From: Tubiluchus corallicola
Taxonomy: Eukaryota > Animalia > Priapulida
Assembly (NCBI GenBank): GCA_030141605.1
Contig: JAQGDQ010000036.1
Location: 558,001 to 622,000 of the forward strand
Direction: 5' to 3'
DNA length: 64,000 nucleotides
Position 1 is the first letter of the stretch. Every line of letters begins with the position of its first letter. The position numbers and the translations under genes are program-made. The notes beneath the pieces were generated by a model that was not told where the DNA came from, did no database searches, and was given only the letters and a program-made list of their open reading frames with translations. This document shows positions 1-26,400 of this stretch, one piece after another.

Positions 1-1389
1 TGGATGCAGTGGATAGATGATGAAGTGTCTGAAGAAGGCGATTCATCTGTTGCTTCTCTTAATCTTGATGAGTTTTTCGGTGACCCAGTTCTTCTGCAAG
101 AGTCTGAAATTCAAGCTCGACAGCACAGGAGTCTCAAAATGTCTACTACTTTAATTAACAGAGTGGAAGTTTTTTACACGCTAGGGCTATTTTTAGTAGG
201 TAAACACAGGAAAAAAGTTCAGCGACAGCTAGCGGATTTAAAACTAGTCCCATTTCTGTCAGAAATATTTGATCAGTTTATTTGGAAGGCTAGTGGGAGA
301 CAGGGTAATAGACGATTGAGAGGACATAATAGCAGCTGTGAGTGCAGTCCTGAAGTAGCTTTAAAGATACAGTTCCTCCGACTTGTTCATAGTTTTTGCG
401 ACCATTCGGACCATAAACATTTGCTTTTATCATGTATTGAACTGACTGAGCTGAGAAGATTGAATGATTTTTCTGAAAAATTAAAATCGTCAGCAATTGA
501 TGATGTGGATACATCTCTTATTTGTAGAGGTAGTAAAGGTCTGCTTACCAAGATTGTTGAAGTACTTAAAAAGGAACCTCCAGCCTCAACTTTTAGATTT
601 TGGCTAGCAAGAGCTGTAGAGAGCTACTTGCGGGGTTCTACTTGTTACGCCGACCAGATATTTTTACTTAGACGTGGTTTGCTGCAACATGTTGCTAATA
701 ATTTGATAGAGAACGACATCAAACCTAAAGAGATTCTTCAGAGCAGTTTTGACTTATTAGGCGAAATGATCAAGTTTAATCCTGACGCTTTTGAGCAGTT
801 TGATAAAATAATCAACAACGATCTGAAGTTCAGGAAATTAGTCGAATTGGTAGAACGAAATTTGGTCGATTCCAACATGTTTATTCGGAGCCTTGTTCTT
901 TCACTGGAGAGGTTTTGCTCTCATGATGAAATGACTGAAGAAGCTGATGTTTATGATGATAAGGCTAGCCGTTTGCTGAAATATGTTGGCAGTTTTCAGT
1001 CTCAGATAAACTTTGTGCAGAAGCTTATTAATGTTATAACAGTTAAATCTCTGACGCAAGAGAATGTCAGCTGTTTAAACACTGCACTTGTTTTCCTAAT
1101 GTTTGCTTATAGACGTGGTGAACTCAATAACTATCTAGAAGCATTGAAAAATCACACCAGGCGGTCTGCAAGCAACAATGGCCTTTTAGCAAACTTCAGG
1201 GAATTGTTGACATTTTGGCAGGACCACTACTTGCACAAGGACAAAGACTGCAGTGCTTTGGAAAGGAGTTCTCGCATCAGCTTTGATCAGTGGAAGCAGA
1301 TGGTGAACATGCTTTTATCTAAAGATCATACACAGGATACATCACTGATTCATCATTTGCCAGAAGATGATTTGCCACGTGGTAACTGA
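1..1389 (+). CDS. TRPC4AP: TRPC4-associated protein (TRUSS), C-terminal ~460 aa; frame is open to the window edge so the start probably lies upstream
   Basis: 461-aa ORF with motifs recalled from TRPC4AP: HNSSCECSPEVALKIQFLRLVHSFCDH, FRFWLARAVESYLRG, QSSFDLLGEMIKFN, NLVDSNMFIRS, LTQENVSCLNT, FWQDHYLHKDKDCSALE. Stop TGA 1387-1389; AATAAA at ~1419. Confidence 0.92.
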   Translation, partial: WMQWIDDEVSEEGDSSVASLNLDEFFGDPVLLQESEIQARQHRSLKMSTTLINRVEVFYTLGLFLVGKHRKKVQRQLADLKLVPFLSEIFDQFIWKASGRQGNRRLRGHNSSCECSPEVALKIQFLRLVHSFCDHSDHKHLLLSCIELTELRRLNDFSEKLKSSAIDDVDTSLICRGSKGLLTKIVEVLKKEPPASTFRFWLARAVESYLRGSTCYADQIFLLRRGLLQHVANNLIENDIKPKEILQSSFDLLGEMIKFNPDAFEQFDKIINNDLKFRKLVELVERNLVDSNMFIRSLVLSLERFCSHDEMTEEADVYDDKASRLLKYVGSFQSQINFVQKLINVITVKSLTQENVSCLNTALVFLMFAYRRGELNNYLEALKNHTRRSASNNGLLANFRELLTFWQDHYLHKDKDCSALERSSRISFDQWKQMVNMLLSKDHTQDTSLIHHLPEDDLPRGN

Positions 1390-3899
1390 ATCATCAATCT
1401 TGAAACATACATTGTATGAATAAAAAAACTGACACCATTGCACATTATTTGTACATAACTGTGTAGGCCTGCTAACACTTGTATTCTTTTTTATTTTAAT
1501 CTTTTAAAATCACTGTTAATGTATAACTATAAAATTATGATTTTACAATAGTTCTATAGTGCCTTCTGCAGGTACCAGCTAGCTATACACCATACTGTGT
1601 AACTCAGTGTAGTGGCAAATCATCTTGCAGTGAATGAACTTTATAGATTGATTACCATAGAGTATTGAATTACTTGTCCAATATTCACCTTTGACTTATT
1701 AGCTACACATTTTGTTTCAGCAAACTGTACTATAGATGTGGTCAAAATATATGTTATTATGTTTAAAGTCAATGAGTGTTAATTGATTGTTTGCTCTAAC
1801 TAAAATGAAATGCTGAAATTATGAATGCACTTATTTCATTAATTATTTATTATCTTTCAATTGTCTTGTTTTTAATGTCCCGTGGTAGTTGTCAATCTTT
1901 TGATTGGAATTTTATTGATTGGTAACACTTTTTAGGCCAAATTCACACAGGTATGCTTGGTTGATCATGTTTAAAGTAGTAGGATGTAGTAGGTTTCGAG
2001 CTAATGTGCGCTTAGTAATTCTACCACATTGGTGACACGTCATTAAATTATTTGACAATTTAACAGAAATGACTGTTCAAACAAATAACTTTGTAGTGGA
2101 GGTGTGTTCTCTGAATTATTTTAGATAATTGCTAACAAATTTGTAACAAATTTTAGCATAAATTTTACATATGAAGTGAAACTCGTAATTTAAGTGCTTG
2201 TCTGTATGTGTTTAAGTGAGTTTGTAAAAAACCTAATTCCTGTTTTATTATTGTATGGTTTTTAATGCAAAGAGTCAATAAATTGGTATTTTGGAAATTT
2301 GCAGCAAAATTATTTTTTACAGCTTTTTTATTAGAAAGCTTATTTCTTAGAAGAAAGTTTGCAAAAAATCTTTTTCAGTGTTTTGAATTCTTTTTTGGTA
2401 AGGGGTGGTAATGAAGCTGTTAGTTAGCACATCAGTTGCATATTAGCATTTAAAAATAGTTTGTCTTTTGTTTTAAGAAAAATCAAGGATGTGTTTTGGA
2501 TTACTACTTTAAATTTTTAATTTCTGTATAAAATAAATTGCTTTCAAGGCCGTTCCTATTAGTTACTTTTATGCTCAAATTGTGAAGAGATGGAATTAAT
2601 TTTTATGTAATATTTTAATCAATACAGTAGTTACTTTGATTCTAACCTTGTGAATCGTACTGAATATTTTGTGAGTGAACAGAAAATTATTTGTTGGGCC
2701 GTTTGCCACATTTGAACCTATTCTTGACTTAATTATTCTAATAACTGTAGATCATGATAACTTTATTTTCAGTATCTCATTAAAATTTTGCCTCAAATGA
2801 GGTACTATATATGAGCTGGTGAGATGTTTACCTCTGAAAACACTGAACAGGACAGGGCACGGTGGGCAGTTGCCTGGGGGCCCATGCTAATCTATGCATG
2901 TTGTGGCTTGCTGTCAATAAATATGTACTATACTACACTATGGGAAATGATATCCTGAAGATCTTGGACTTCAAGTCAATTATAAAAAAATTCTCTTTCT
3001 CAAATGTATGTGTCGTACGCTTGATTAATAATAAACAATTCATAGTAATTTCATACTGTACCATCTTGGTCTGTATGGTTTACCAATAATTGAGTGTCAT
3101 TTTTTATGTTGAAATTTTTGTGTTTTTCAAGGGTCATGTTGGCGCAAAAAACATTCGGACGTTTTTATCACGGTGTTGGGCCGCGTTTCCACTGCGCCCG
3201 CAGAGACACGGACTTTTCAAGCAAATTGAAAAATCTGTGTATGTGAGCTAAACCATTCTGTAAGCAAGCTGTTTGAAATTTGAAGTGCCCGAAAGCTATA
3301 ATTGTCATCTGAACGATAGCAAAGACGATAAAATAATTAATTTAAATATATACTTAACAAGGCTACCGTATGGACATGGTATGGTAAACACAATAATGTC
3401 AGAAAGTAATTGCATGTACTTGTGCTTTGCTTTTGTACTATTTAATCTTATCAATCTAAGAATCGTAATTCAATAAAGCGACAGATATTAGTTTTCTTAT
3501 GTAACACTAGTCTTGATGAATGAAATTTTAAATCTGTATGTCTGGCTAGTATATGCTTGTTAAGCATAATTGAATTCTTAACATCTAAGTACGCATTTAT
3601 TTCGTTAATTACTTCTGTAACTTACAGATCTTCTTGTGACGCTTGTAATAGTAATGAAGTGACCACTTGCAGTACTGTTAATACTGGGCGTTTCATTACA
3701 TAACTGTATCATATACCTTATCCACTTAAACATGGCTCATACTATTGACACTCACATTACTCATTATTACAAGCTTTCACCACTTAAGATGTTGTCCTCT
3801 TCAAATGTAATTTCTAATTGTTGCATTATCACATTTGTCATGTGCTTCAGAGTTGAGAGAAGAAATACTTAATCATCTATGTATATGCCTACTATTATC

Positions 3900-6610
3900 T
3901 ATGTGTACGCATACTATGGGACGTATACTCAAACGAAAGATTCCTGACTACACTGCAAACTGAATATATCCAATCCAAAATCTCGCATTTCACAAATACT
4001 TGTTACAAAAATTCAGATGAGGCCCTTAACTACATAACCAATATTTTTCATGATGACACTGAGCAGGCTCAAATAGCAATAGCACAAAAAGACAAAAACG
4101 TAAAGCACCTCAGTTAAGATTGTCCCAAAATCACTTGAATTACCTCAATAGACAATTAAAGAAAGATCCGTGCAATAAATTTCTGAGATCGCAATTGAAA
4201 AAAGTGTCAGACAACTAAAACTAACCAAAAAAAAAAGAATAAAAGCATAAACTAAATGATCTAAGAAGCAGCAATCCTTGAGACTTTTCTATTCGACTAC
4301 TACAGAGTACTCTGCCAAGATAAGGAAAATATAATACCACAGACTATAAATGGCTTGCAAAACATGGAAAATTCCATTATGAATACATCACTACCAAAAT
4401 TATGTGATCTTCAGATGTGTAAAACTAGAATCTCTGTACAAGAACTAAAAGCGCAAATGAAAAATTTGAAATGTGGAAAAAGTACTGGAATTGACAACTT
4501 CTCAAATGAAATGATAAAATCAGCATCTGTTGTCTTGGCCAGTCCTCTTGTAAAACTAATGAACCTAATCCTAGAAAGAGGGGAATACCCAGAGCTTTGG
4601 TGCAAAAGCATCTTAACCCAAATTTTCAACGATGGTGAAGCCTCTGACCCAGAAAACTACCGAGGCATCTCAATAATTCATGCTTAAGAAAGCTATTTAA
4701 TTCAATTGTAAATGATAGAATAATTAAACACCTGGAACAAAATGATCTATCAAAAACCCAACTTGGCTTCAGAAAAAATTCACAAACAACTGACCCCCTA
4801 CTGCTACTAAATGCTATGGTTACACAAACAACTTCTCAGGCTGGCACATATTTGTAGTCCTGCTTCATTGACCTTCATACTGTATTCGACCGAATAAACC
4901 ACAATCTATTATTCAAGAAACTGTGGCAATATGGCATTGACACTGATACAACGCAAGCAATAGAGAATATGTACCAGAAGTCAAAACGTTCTATAAAAAG
5001 AATCTGTGTTTCCTTCATTTTTTGATACAAAAGCAAGTGCACGACAAGGTGATAATCTAAGTCCCCCCACTCTTCAATTTGTGCATAAATGATTTCCCCC
5101 AATCTCTCTGCAATAACAATGCTCCAATATTAAACAAGGTAGTAATAAAATGCTTGTAGTATGCAGACGATCCAGTTCTACTTAGTAGATCTAGAGAGGG
5201 CATCAAAAATCTATTGATGAACTTTCACAGTATGCCGCACGAAACCACCTAAAAATTAACTGCAAAAAATAGTGGTATTTAGAAAAAAGGCCACCATCAG
5301 ATGAACTCAATTCCCATTCAAACGTGTCCAAAATAAGTTCACAAAATGGGTGTTTGGAGTAAACAGCTTCCAATATTGCCTGTAAGGCTGAACTGGGTTT
5401 ATATCCTCTCCTCATCGCAGCAGCATACAAATGTGGCTTGACTGCCACCCACAAACCTAGAAGGACTATATTTAACACCATCTTCCCATCACTGAATCAC
5501 ACAGCACTATTCTCGCCCACATGGAAACTTATCCCAAGCTATGCATCAGAATATGAGAATGAATCAATGACACTAATTCAGAAAGTCAAAAACCTGAACA
5601 AAATTCTAAAAATGGAACATGAAAAAACATTTTTAGCGAAATTCATAATGATGATAGAAAAAAATGGAGGCCGTAATGAGCTCAGATTTTACAGGAGGTT
5701 AAAATGCAAATACGAAATGGAGCCTTACCTAAAAATTATCAAGGACAAAAATCATAGCCAAGCTATCCCTAAACTCCGAGTGAGTGATCATGATTTAGAA
5801 ATCGAACTTGCTTGTTATACCAAAACACCAGAACGAGAATGAATATGCAATTATTGCGCCAACTCCTCACCTAAAAACATGAAATAGAAGATGAAATGCA
5901 CTTTATTTATCACTTTACTGAAAATAGAACAAAAATTTAATTATGAAAACAAACTTCACAATCTAACTTTTTTCTCTAGAAATACCACCTCTCTCGTGTG
6001 GCTGTTTAGCAATAGTGTTCAACAAGATATAATTCATTTTGGAGAATATACATTTAAAAATTCCAAATAAGAAAAACAAAAAGCTAACACTGGCTACACC
6101 TTGTTGAACCTTTTCTATGTTAACTCAACTACTCAAGAGTTGAGACATTTTAATATCTAGTTATAATTTTGTATCGCATAACGTATAGCTGTTAATTTTT
6201 TTTAATACTGTTTCTTTGTTTTTTGTAGATTTTCTGGTTACAATCTATACATCTATGACATCAATGCAAGAAACTTTTGGCGACGACTCCAGTTCCTAGG
6301 GAAGAAGAAATCAGTACTTTGGCAGCAAATTCTAACCAAATATTTTCAATATTTTATTTTTATAATCTTTCATTTAAAAACCTGGAACAGATACCTACTA
6401 CTTTTACGTTATTTTTCTTTTTTCATTGCTAAATTATACAATTTTTATGTAACTGTGATTTTAGTATCAGTATGCCATATCTTAACATTTGTCTATGAAA
6501 ATAACTTTACACACACCATATTTTGATTTTTTTCTGTTATGTAGTATTTAACGTGTATTGCTTTGCCAATGTACATTGTATGTATTTGTGCAAATAAAAC
6601 TGAATTGAAT
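3900..6610 (+). mobile_element. Decayed non-LTR retrotransposon (RTEX/L2-like), RT plus C-terminal region and 3' tail
   Basis: Broken-frame motifs GIDNFSNEMIK, NYRGISI, RQGDNLSPPLF, YADD (~5160), RVSDHDLEIE and EIEDEMHF. Ends in AATAAA (6593-6598) followed by TGAATTGAAT. Confidence 0.8.
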
Positions 6611-6628
6611 GGAAACTTAATTATATAG

Positions 6629-6686
6629 TTTCGCGGCTCTAACCTAGATGGCAGCACGCCCATCATTTCCCATTTTTCCCGCGAAA
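6629..6686 (+). promoter_or_regulatory. Putative DHFR promoter E2F sites
   Basis: TTTCGCGG at 6629-6636 and TTTCCCGCGAAA at 6675-6686 (a TTTSSCGS match on both strands), 105-160 bp upstream of the DHFR ATG in otherwise CpG-poor DNA. Confidence 0.6.
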
Positions 6687-6790
6687 TTAGTAGTAGCCAG
6701 ATAATCTGCATAATTGCTATTTCTAAATCAAGTATATGAAATATTTTGTGCAGTTTGTAATTTATATAAATTGATTCCCGTGCTTTTAAA

Positions 6791-20379
<13,589 letters not shown>

Positions 20380-21618
20380 TTCATATTTCATGGTCGTAAT
20401 GATGGAAAACTCTAAATATGTTGGATTCAGTGTATGTAAACAATTAGTATATGTTGATAGACAATTATGACATCGTAAATATTTTAAACAGTGCAGCCAC
20501 AGAATTAATGCTCCAGTAAAGGTAGGAACTAGAAACGATTTGTAGAATAAACTATAATGTTAAAAGTAGTGTACCAGTTTATTTTTAAGACAAGGCTGCA
20601 GTTGTAAGTTACAAGTGGATTGTACTTTTTGTTAATTATGCATTGCCGTAATAAACAGTAACGATGGGAAATAGTCCAAAAATGGACTTAAATACATAAT
20701 GCATTAGTGTGAACAGTTAGTTGTGTGATTAGTTAGAAAAAGTGAAAACTTCTAAATGCAAACTGGTAATATAATAACATTTCATGTGACACAATGCTAT
20801 TATACTGTATCAAATTAAAAAAATGCTATGAATTTTTATACTAAATACCTCTTCTATACTGGAGGCCGCTTAGAAATAAATGACGAGAGTAGTTAGCTAT
20901 GGCATCATTACATTCAGTAGTACGAATGAAGTTTTTAATTGGTCATTAAAAGTCTTTCTTTAATATTAAAAAGTGCAGTTTAAATCTTGCAGTACAGATT
21001 AGTAGATTTTAGAATGATAGGTTGCGAGAAATTTACATCCTAAAGACCCACTTTATTCTTTCAACAAATATGCCATGTCATCAAGTGTCTTCAGTTTCAA
21101 CACTTTAGTAAGAAACAAATGCCACATATAAAATTCTTGAGAGTTTTCCGGAATTTTTGCTACTATAACTTCACATTTTTTATAATAAAATGAACAAACC
21201 TTCATATTTGCTGATTTTTACGGCTTCACAAAGGCATTTTGATGCTATTAGCGTATAAAAAACAAAAATGGGGCTTAACTCAAGTTTCCACAAAGTATGC
21301 TGAACTATTTTATTTACTTGTGAAATACAAAAATATATTTGTACTACATTGGCTAATTAACAAACCTTTCTAAAAAAGTAGAATGTATATATATATATAT
21401 TTATATTTATGTATATATACTTATATAAAAAGGAAAATATTTCTTATGTTATTTACTTGGATTCATATACACATCTACACAAAACAATCTACTCGAGGTG
21501 CATTTAAGTATCACGCATATTCAACGAAAACTGTAAAATACTTCTACCAATATAAACTGTGCAACTACATAAATGGCAGCCCCATTGCTGGTAAAATAAT
21601 AAAATTCTTTATGTATAC

Positions 21619-21960
21619 TTTCTACTCGTATAAAACATTTTTTGGATATTTAACAAAAATTCAAATACAGTAGGTGCTGCTTAATAGTAACACTTGGGAA
21701 TGGAAGTGTGCCGACTCATTTAGCCAACTGAATCTATTAGCTAACGGGTGTAGTATGCTAGCGGATAACTGATGCTGCATCGGTGGCATTTCTATTCGTA
21801 TAAAACATTTTCTTGGATATTTAACAAAAAATCAAATACAGTAGGTGCTGCTTAATACATACACTTTGGGATGGAAGTGTTCCGACTCGATTAACCAACT
21901 GAATCTATTAGTTAACAGATGTAGTATACTGGCAGATAACTGACGCTGCATTTGTGGCAT
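21619..21960. repeat. ~170-bp tandem duplication within a probable DNA transposon remnant
   Basis: 21619-21788 and 21789-21960 are diverged direct copies. The adjoining 21955-22080 is similar to 58279-58400. Confidence 0.85.
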
Positions 21961-23225
21961 AACAGCAACAGTTAACCGATTAAACGTTCTGTGAACAGTA
22001 ACTAGCGCTTCAAAAACAAACTGCTAGGAATGTGATTAAAAGTTTATCTTCCATACATTCTTGGGCAACTAGGTTCATTACAGAGAACCAGTGGGTAACA
22101 TATTCAAAGCTTGCATAGCAATGCATTATAAATGTGCCTGCTTATATTAAGTGGCGTTTATGTAGCATGTGGATGCATTTTCCATCTGCAGAACAATATC
22201 AATAGGAAACACCTGCAGCAAAAGAATAATGCATATGCAGGCTGCATAAACAATATAAACCGATTCCACACCCCTAAATGCTTTTTAGTCTTGTTTTAAG
22301 TGCAAAAATCGAGTCAATTATGCAGAGTTATTTGAGTCAACTGCCGACAGTTTTATATACAGTGGGATATAAGCGACCCGAACAAAACATTTCTGAGTCA
22401 ATTAAGCGAGTGATTCTGTTAACTGAGTCAACAAACGGATCCTATAACACCAGACCTAATTAACCTTAATTATACTGGCTCTGCACTTAGTATTTAGTGT
22501 CTTTATTAAAGTCTTAATATTTTACTACACTAAACAATATGTATATTTGTATGTATATAGCTTACACCAGCGGTGTACATTATTCAGTGCATTAATTTAC
22601 ATGTAATATTTATGCATACTGTACTTCATTAGGCCAGGTTAACTAACAAACTTTTACATATTCTTATCCCAAATTTTTAAACTTCGTTATTTAGGCAGTA
22701 ATTAGTGCAAACAAAGTTGGAAATGTCAAGGTAAAATTTTCACGTTCTGACACACTTAAGTGAGTATTGTTATATTGAGACAGTTTTGCAACAAACTCTG
22801 AGAATGTGTTAAAATTTATGAAAACACTTTAACATACTACCTGAAAGTCACACATCATGAATTACACACGTCATGAATTATTGTTAACTAATTAGCTACC
22901 ATCCTTGTCACAATGGCAATAAAATGATACATTCTACTGTTACACATATTAGATCAACAAACCCATAACAATGACATGATAATGTACAAAGATTTCTACT
23001 CTTGTGCAACCATGTAATTGTGCCAAAATGTTTTAGTGACATCACCTACCTTCACATATTTACAAAAAATATTTTACCCATTTTGCATTGCTTCATCCTA
23101 TATTTTAATATTTGTAAATATAAGTGTAGTTTGGCTTACTTAAGGTCTATTCCTACAATTCTAACTAGTGATCTATGCAGGTTCATTGACTGTGTTGGTA
23201 AACTGTAATATCAGCATTAAGATAT

Positions 23226-23450
23226 CTAAACAGAATATGCTTGTATTGAAGCATCACTTATGTCCTCTATTGAAGAAACTGATGTTTGAGCCACGAGGAC
23301 AGAACCATTTCTAGGATGTGTCAAATTGTTTGTTAAAAGAGGTGTAGTTTCTGTAGGTGCAGTTTCAGATGGAGGTCCAACCACTTCTTCGATGCTTTTT
23401 CTTTTTTTTGTTTTCCATTCGATCAAACAGAATATAGACAATATGAGCAC
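23226..23450 (-). CDS. SLC18B1: SLC18B1 last exon
   Basis: Acceptor at 23451-23452; VLILSIFCLIEW...ETTPLL...AYSV, TAG at 23226-23228. Confidence 0.85.
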   Translation of the reverse strand: MLILSIFCLIEWKTKKRKSIEEVVGPPSETAPTETTPLLTNNLTHPRNGSVLVAQTSVSSIEDISDASIQAYSV

Positions 23451-26400
23451 CTAAAATAAATCAAAATTTTCACTATGCTTAAAACATGGCACTTCATTGA
23501 CTCGGTGTGGTAAAAATGGCACAAATGGAAAGGTAGGTAAAATAGCACATGTTATTTTGATGCAATTGATTTCTATAATAAATCTAGAATGCGCTCAATA
23601 AGAAGCCAATTTCTGCCAAACCGAACAATCCTAGCCTTATTCGTCTGATTCTTTTGATGCAAATTTTGATTTAATACAAAGATAAACAAGCAAACATACA
23701 AAAATGTACATGTGTTGGTATTTTATAGGCTGTAGTCTACAGGCAAGCAAAAGACCAAAATATTATCAATGCACGAATGTGCCACATAGTGTTTAGCTAC
23801 CTTTCTCTCCATTAATTTTGGCGATGGTAATAGACTGACAAATATACATTTCTTTAAACAACCAATCAAACTGTGTTGAAGCATTATTGATTATATTTTT
23901 TGTTCCTCAGGCCAATAAAGCTGATTTTAATAATTTTAGCACTGTGACCAGAGCTACAAATAACTGCGACTTATTAATAACAGAAAGTTTATCTATGCAC
24001 TCTAATAAGCCTTTTCTTAATGTGCATAGTAGTTCAATTCCATTCACTTTATTTTCAAACACTTACTTAACTGTTATTGTATCTATTTCTTTTTTACAGG
24101 TCTGTTTATTCATTACTTTGGCCTCTTTGTAAATACACAATTAGTGCATAATTTTCAATACTGTAGGCTCTGCCTACATAAAGAGGTTTTTGTTTGTATA
24201 GTGTACCACTGATGCTGACAGCTGTTGGAACGTTTGGAAATGTTTTTTAAACAGTTGTAAATTAAAGTTTTTAACAAAGTTGTGTTGATTTAATAATAAT
24301 TATCAAAGATGTTTCGACAACCTTCCTCTGTTTGACGGAATACTATACAATATTAATACTGTATCACACAAAGGCTATTGAAGCAGTTTTTTTCTTTATT
24401 TTTTTACCGTATATACTTATGTGCAAGTCGATGTGCATTCTAAGGCCAAAAATTGCATCATTTTATATGTTACTTGTGTACAAGTCGACCATAAAATATT
24501 AAGATCTACCAGAGTAAATGATGAAGTGTTTTATATACGCGTGTATTCTGGTAATCAATATTTTGCCCATAAAACACGCATACTCAAGGCCAGTGTAAAA
24601 CTTCCCACGGAAGCCGAAAGGCGGCAGCACCTGCCCAACATTGTCGATTTCCATGTTCCGATCGAGGGCTCCGCGTTAGTTTATTTACCAGTAATATATA
24701 AATTTTAACTTAATTTCACATGCATTAAATTAAATTACAGTAATATTTGTTCATTTTGTGAAGTAATGTCATGATGCGAATATTCTCTGATGTGAAGTAT
24801 CACAGTATGAGTGTTCATTCAGTCCAGCGTATAATGAAGGATTATTTCTTTATATATTCATATTGCAGACGACTCTCTTTAGCGACATCTCCCAGAAACG
24901 TAATTAAGTACAAATTAACCCCAAAAATTTCACCTTAAAATCGCCTCCCAAAAATTTAACTTGTACATAAGTATATACTGTAACTATGGTATGACCACGA
25001 AGCTTCATGCTCTCAAAATATTTATTCTTAAGTACAATAGTGTATTACACTTAAATATTCAGCAGTTTATAAGTTTATGTACAAACTGATGAGCACATCA
25101 GTTCATCATATATTTACATACATACCATAAATGCTAGGGCTCCAGCTACTATTGTTGTACTCCACTCAAATCCTGCGGAGTCATACATGACTCCTGCTAT
25201 ACTAGGACCAATGAATTCCCTGTAAGAAAATGATTATAATAATTAAAGTTAGTTAGTTTAAAATTGCAACAAATAAATGACTAATAAAACCCATGTGTTG
25301 AAGCAAAAAGCTAATCACTTTCAATAATTAACCGAACTGTCTTCAGTAGTGATAAAATAAGTGAAATAAATAAGTTGCTGTTAAAATTCAGAAGCACATA
25401 TGATAATCATAATGCTGCTATGTGCAAAAACATGTTTTTGCCTCTACTTCTAATTATTTAATTGTATACAAGGCTCTTATTTCAAGATCAGCACTGATGG
25501 GCTGGCAGACAGCATTTAATAAAATCAGAGCGACTACACAGTCTAGTGGAGGGTTTTACGTATTTTGTTTGACAGCTTTATCTTAATGCAAATTCTAAAT
25601 TGAAAAAATTGTTTAGGACATTTGGAAGCATTATGCGCGTACACTCTTCTTCTATATGGTAAACAAACAGCCAGAATCAGTATCATGGTGAATGAAACCA
25701 CTAAGTGAGAATCAACATGGATCAACCAGTCCATTAATTGAGCAGTTATGGCACTGTTCTTAACTTTGGTCACTAATCATGATGCTGTCATCATTAAACC
25801 ATGCATCTCACCTTGAGGGTTTGGAAACATAGATGGAACCAAACTAAGTAAGTTGCTGTAGCACGGCAATAACAAAATTGTTAGCTTCTACGAGGGCGGC
25901 ACTCAGGAAATGTAAGCAAATAAACAGGCTGTTGATAAATAATTCAGTTTTTTGGACAATTTCAATGTATTTTAAAGCAGCATATTCAAAAAGCATACCT
26001 ATATTTTTCTAGTCACAATTTTAATCATGATACTTGCCAAAATTCAGTATCGATAAATTTTTTGAGGTACAGCTTTATACAGATGCTTGAAGCAATGAAT
26101 CCAATTATAAGTTGCAACCAAGTTATCAATTCACACAGGTATTTTTCCTTGTTCTATGCTACTCTAGTTACCACAAAAAGTCGCAAGATTCAAGATGATA
26201 CTATTTTCTAGCCATGTATGTAACAACCAGGATAAGGCTGTAATTTTGAGATGCCGGAACATTACAGTTGTTTGTGCCTACATGGCTAACCAACCCTGAA
26301 CAAGAGAAAGGAAGATTTATAAGCTCTGTAAATATTGGGTGACAATTTGTATACAAGCCGGATAATTTTTGTTGTAGCCAATACTAGCCTATTCGAAAAA

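Noticed and set aside
3178-3220. GGCCGCGTTTCCACTGCG, also at ~34308, resembling a PIF/Harbinger terminus
   Set aside because: Only single ends seen, with no partner TIR or TSD, so the element could not be delimited.
21619-21960. Direct repeats considered as a CRISPR-like array
   Set aside because: Two long adjacent copies with no spacers in eukaryotic DNA; a simple tandem duplication.
22310-22432. Cluster of TGAGTCA (AP-1-like) motifs
   Set aside because: Context (TA-CAGTGG, ttaagcg, ttaactgag) looks like Tigger-type MITE subterminal repeats; no evidence for an enhancer.
24300-24340. Minus-strand CAGAGGA...GTCGAAAC resembling a Penelope-type minimal hammerhead ribozyme
   Set aside because: The core CUGA is mutated and I could not build convincing stems; other CTGATGA hits also lack a properly placed GAAA.
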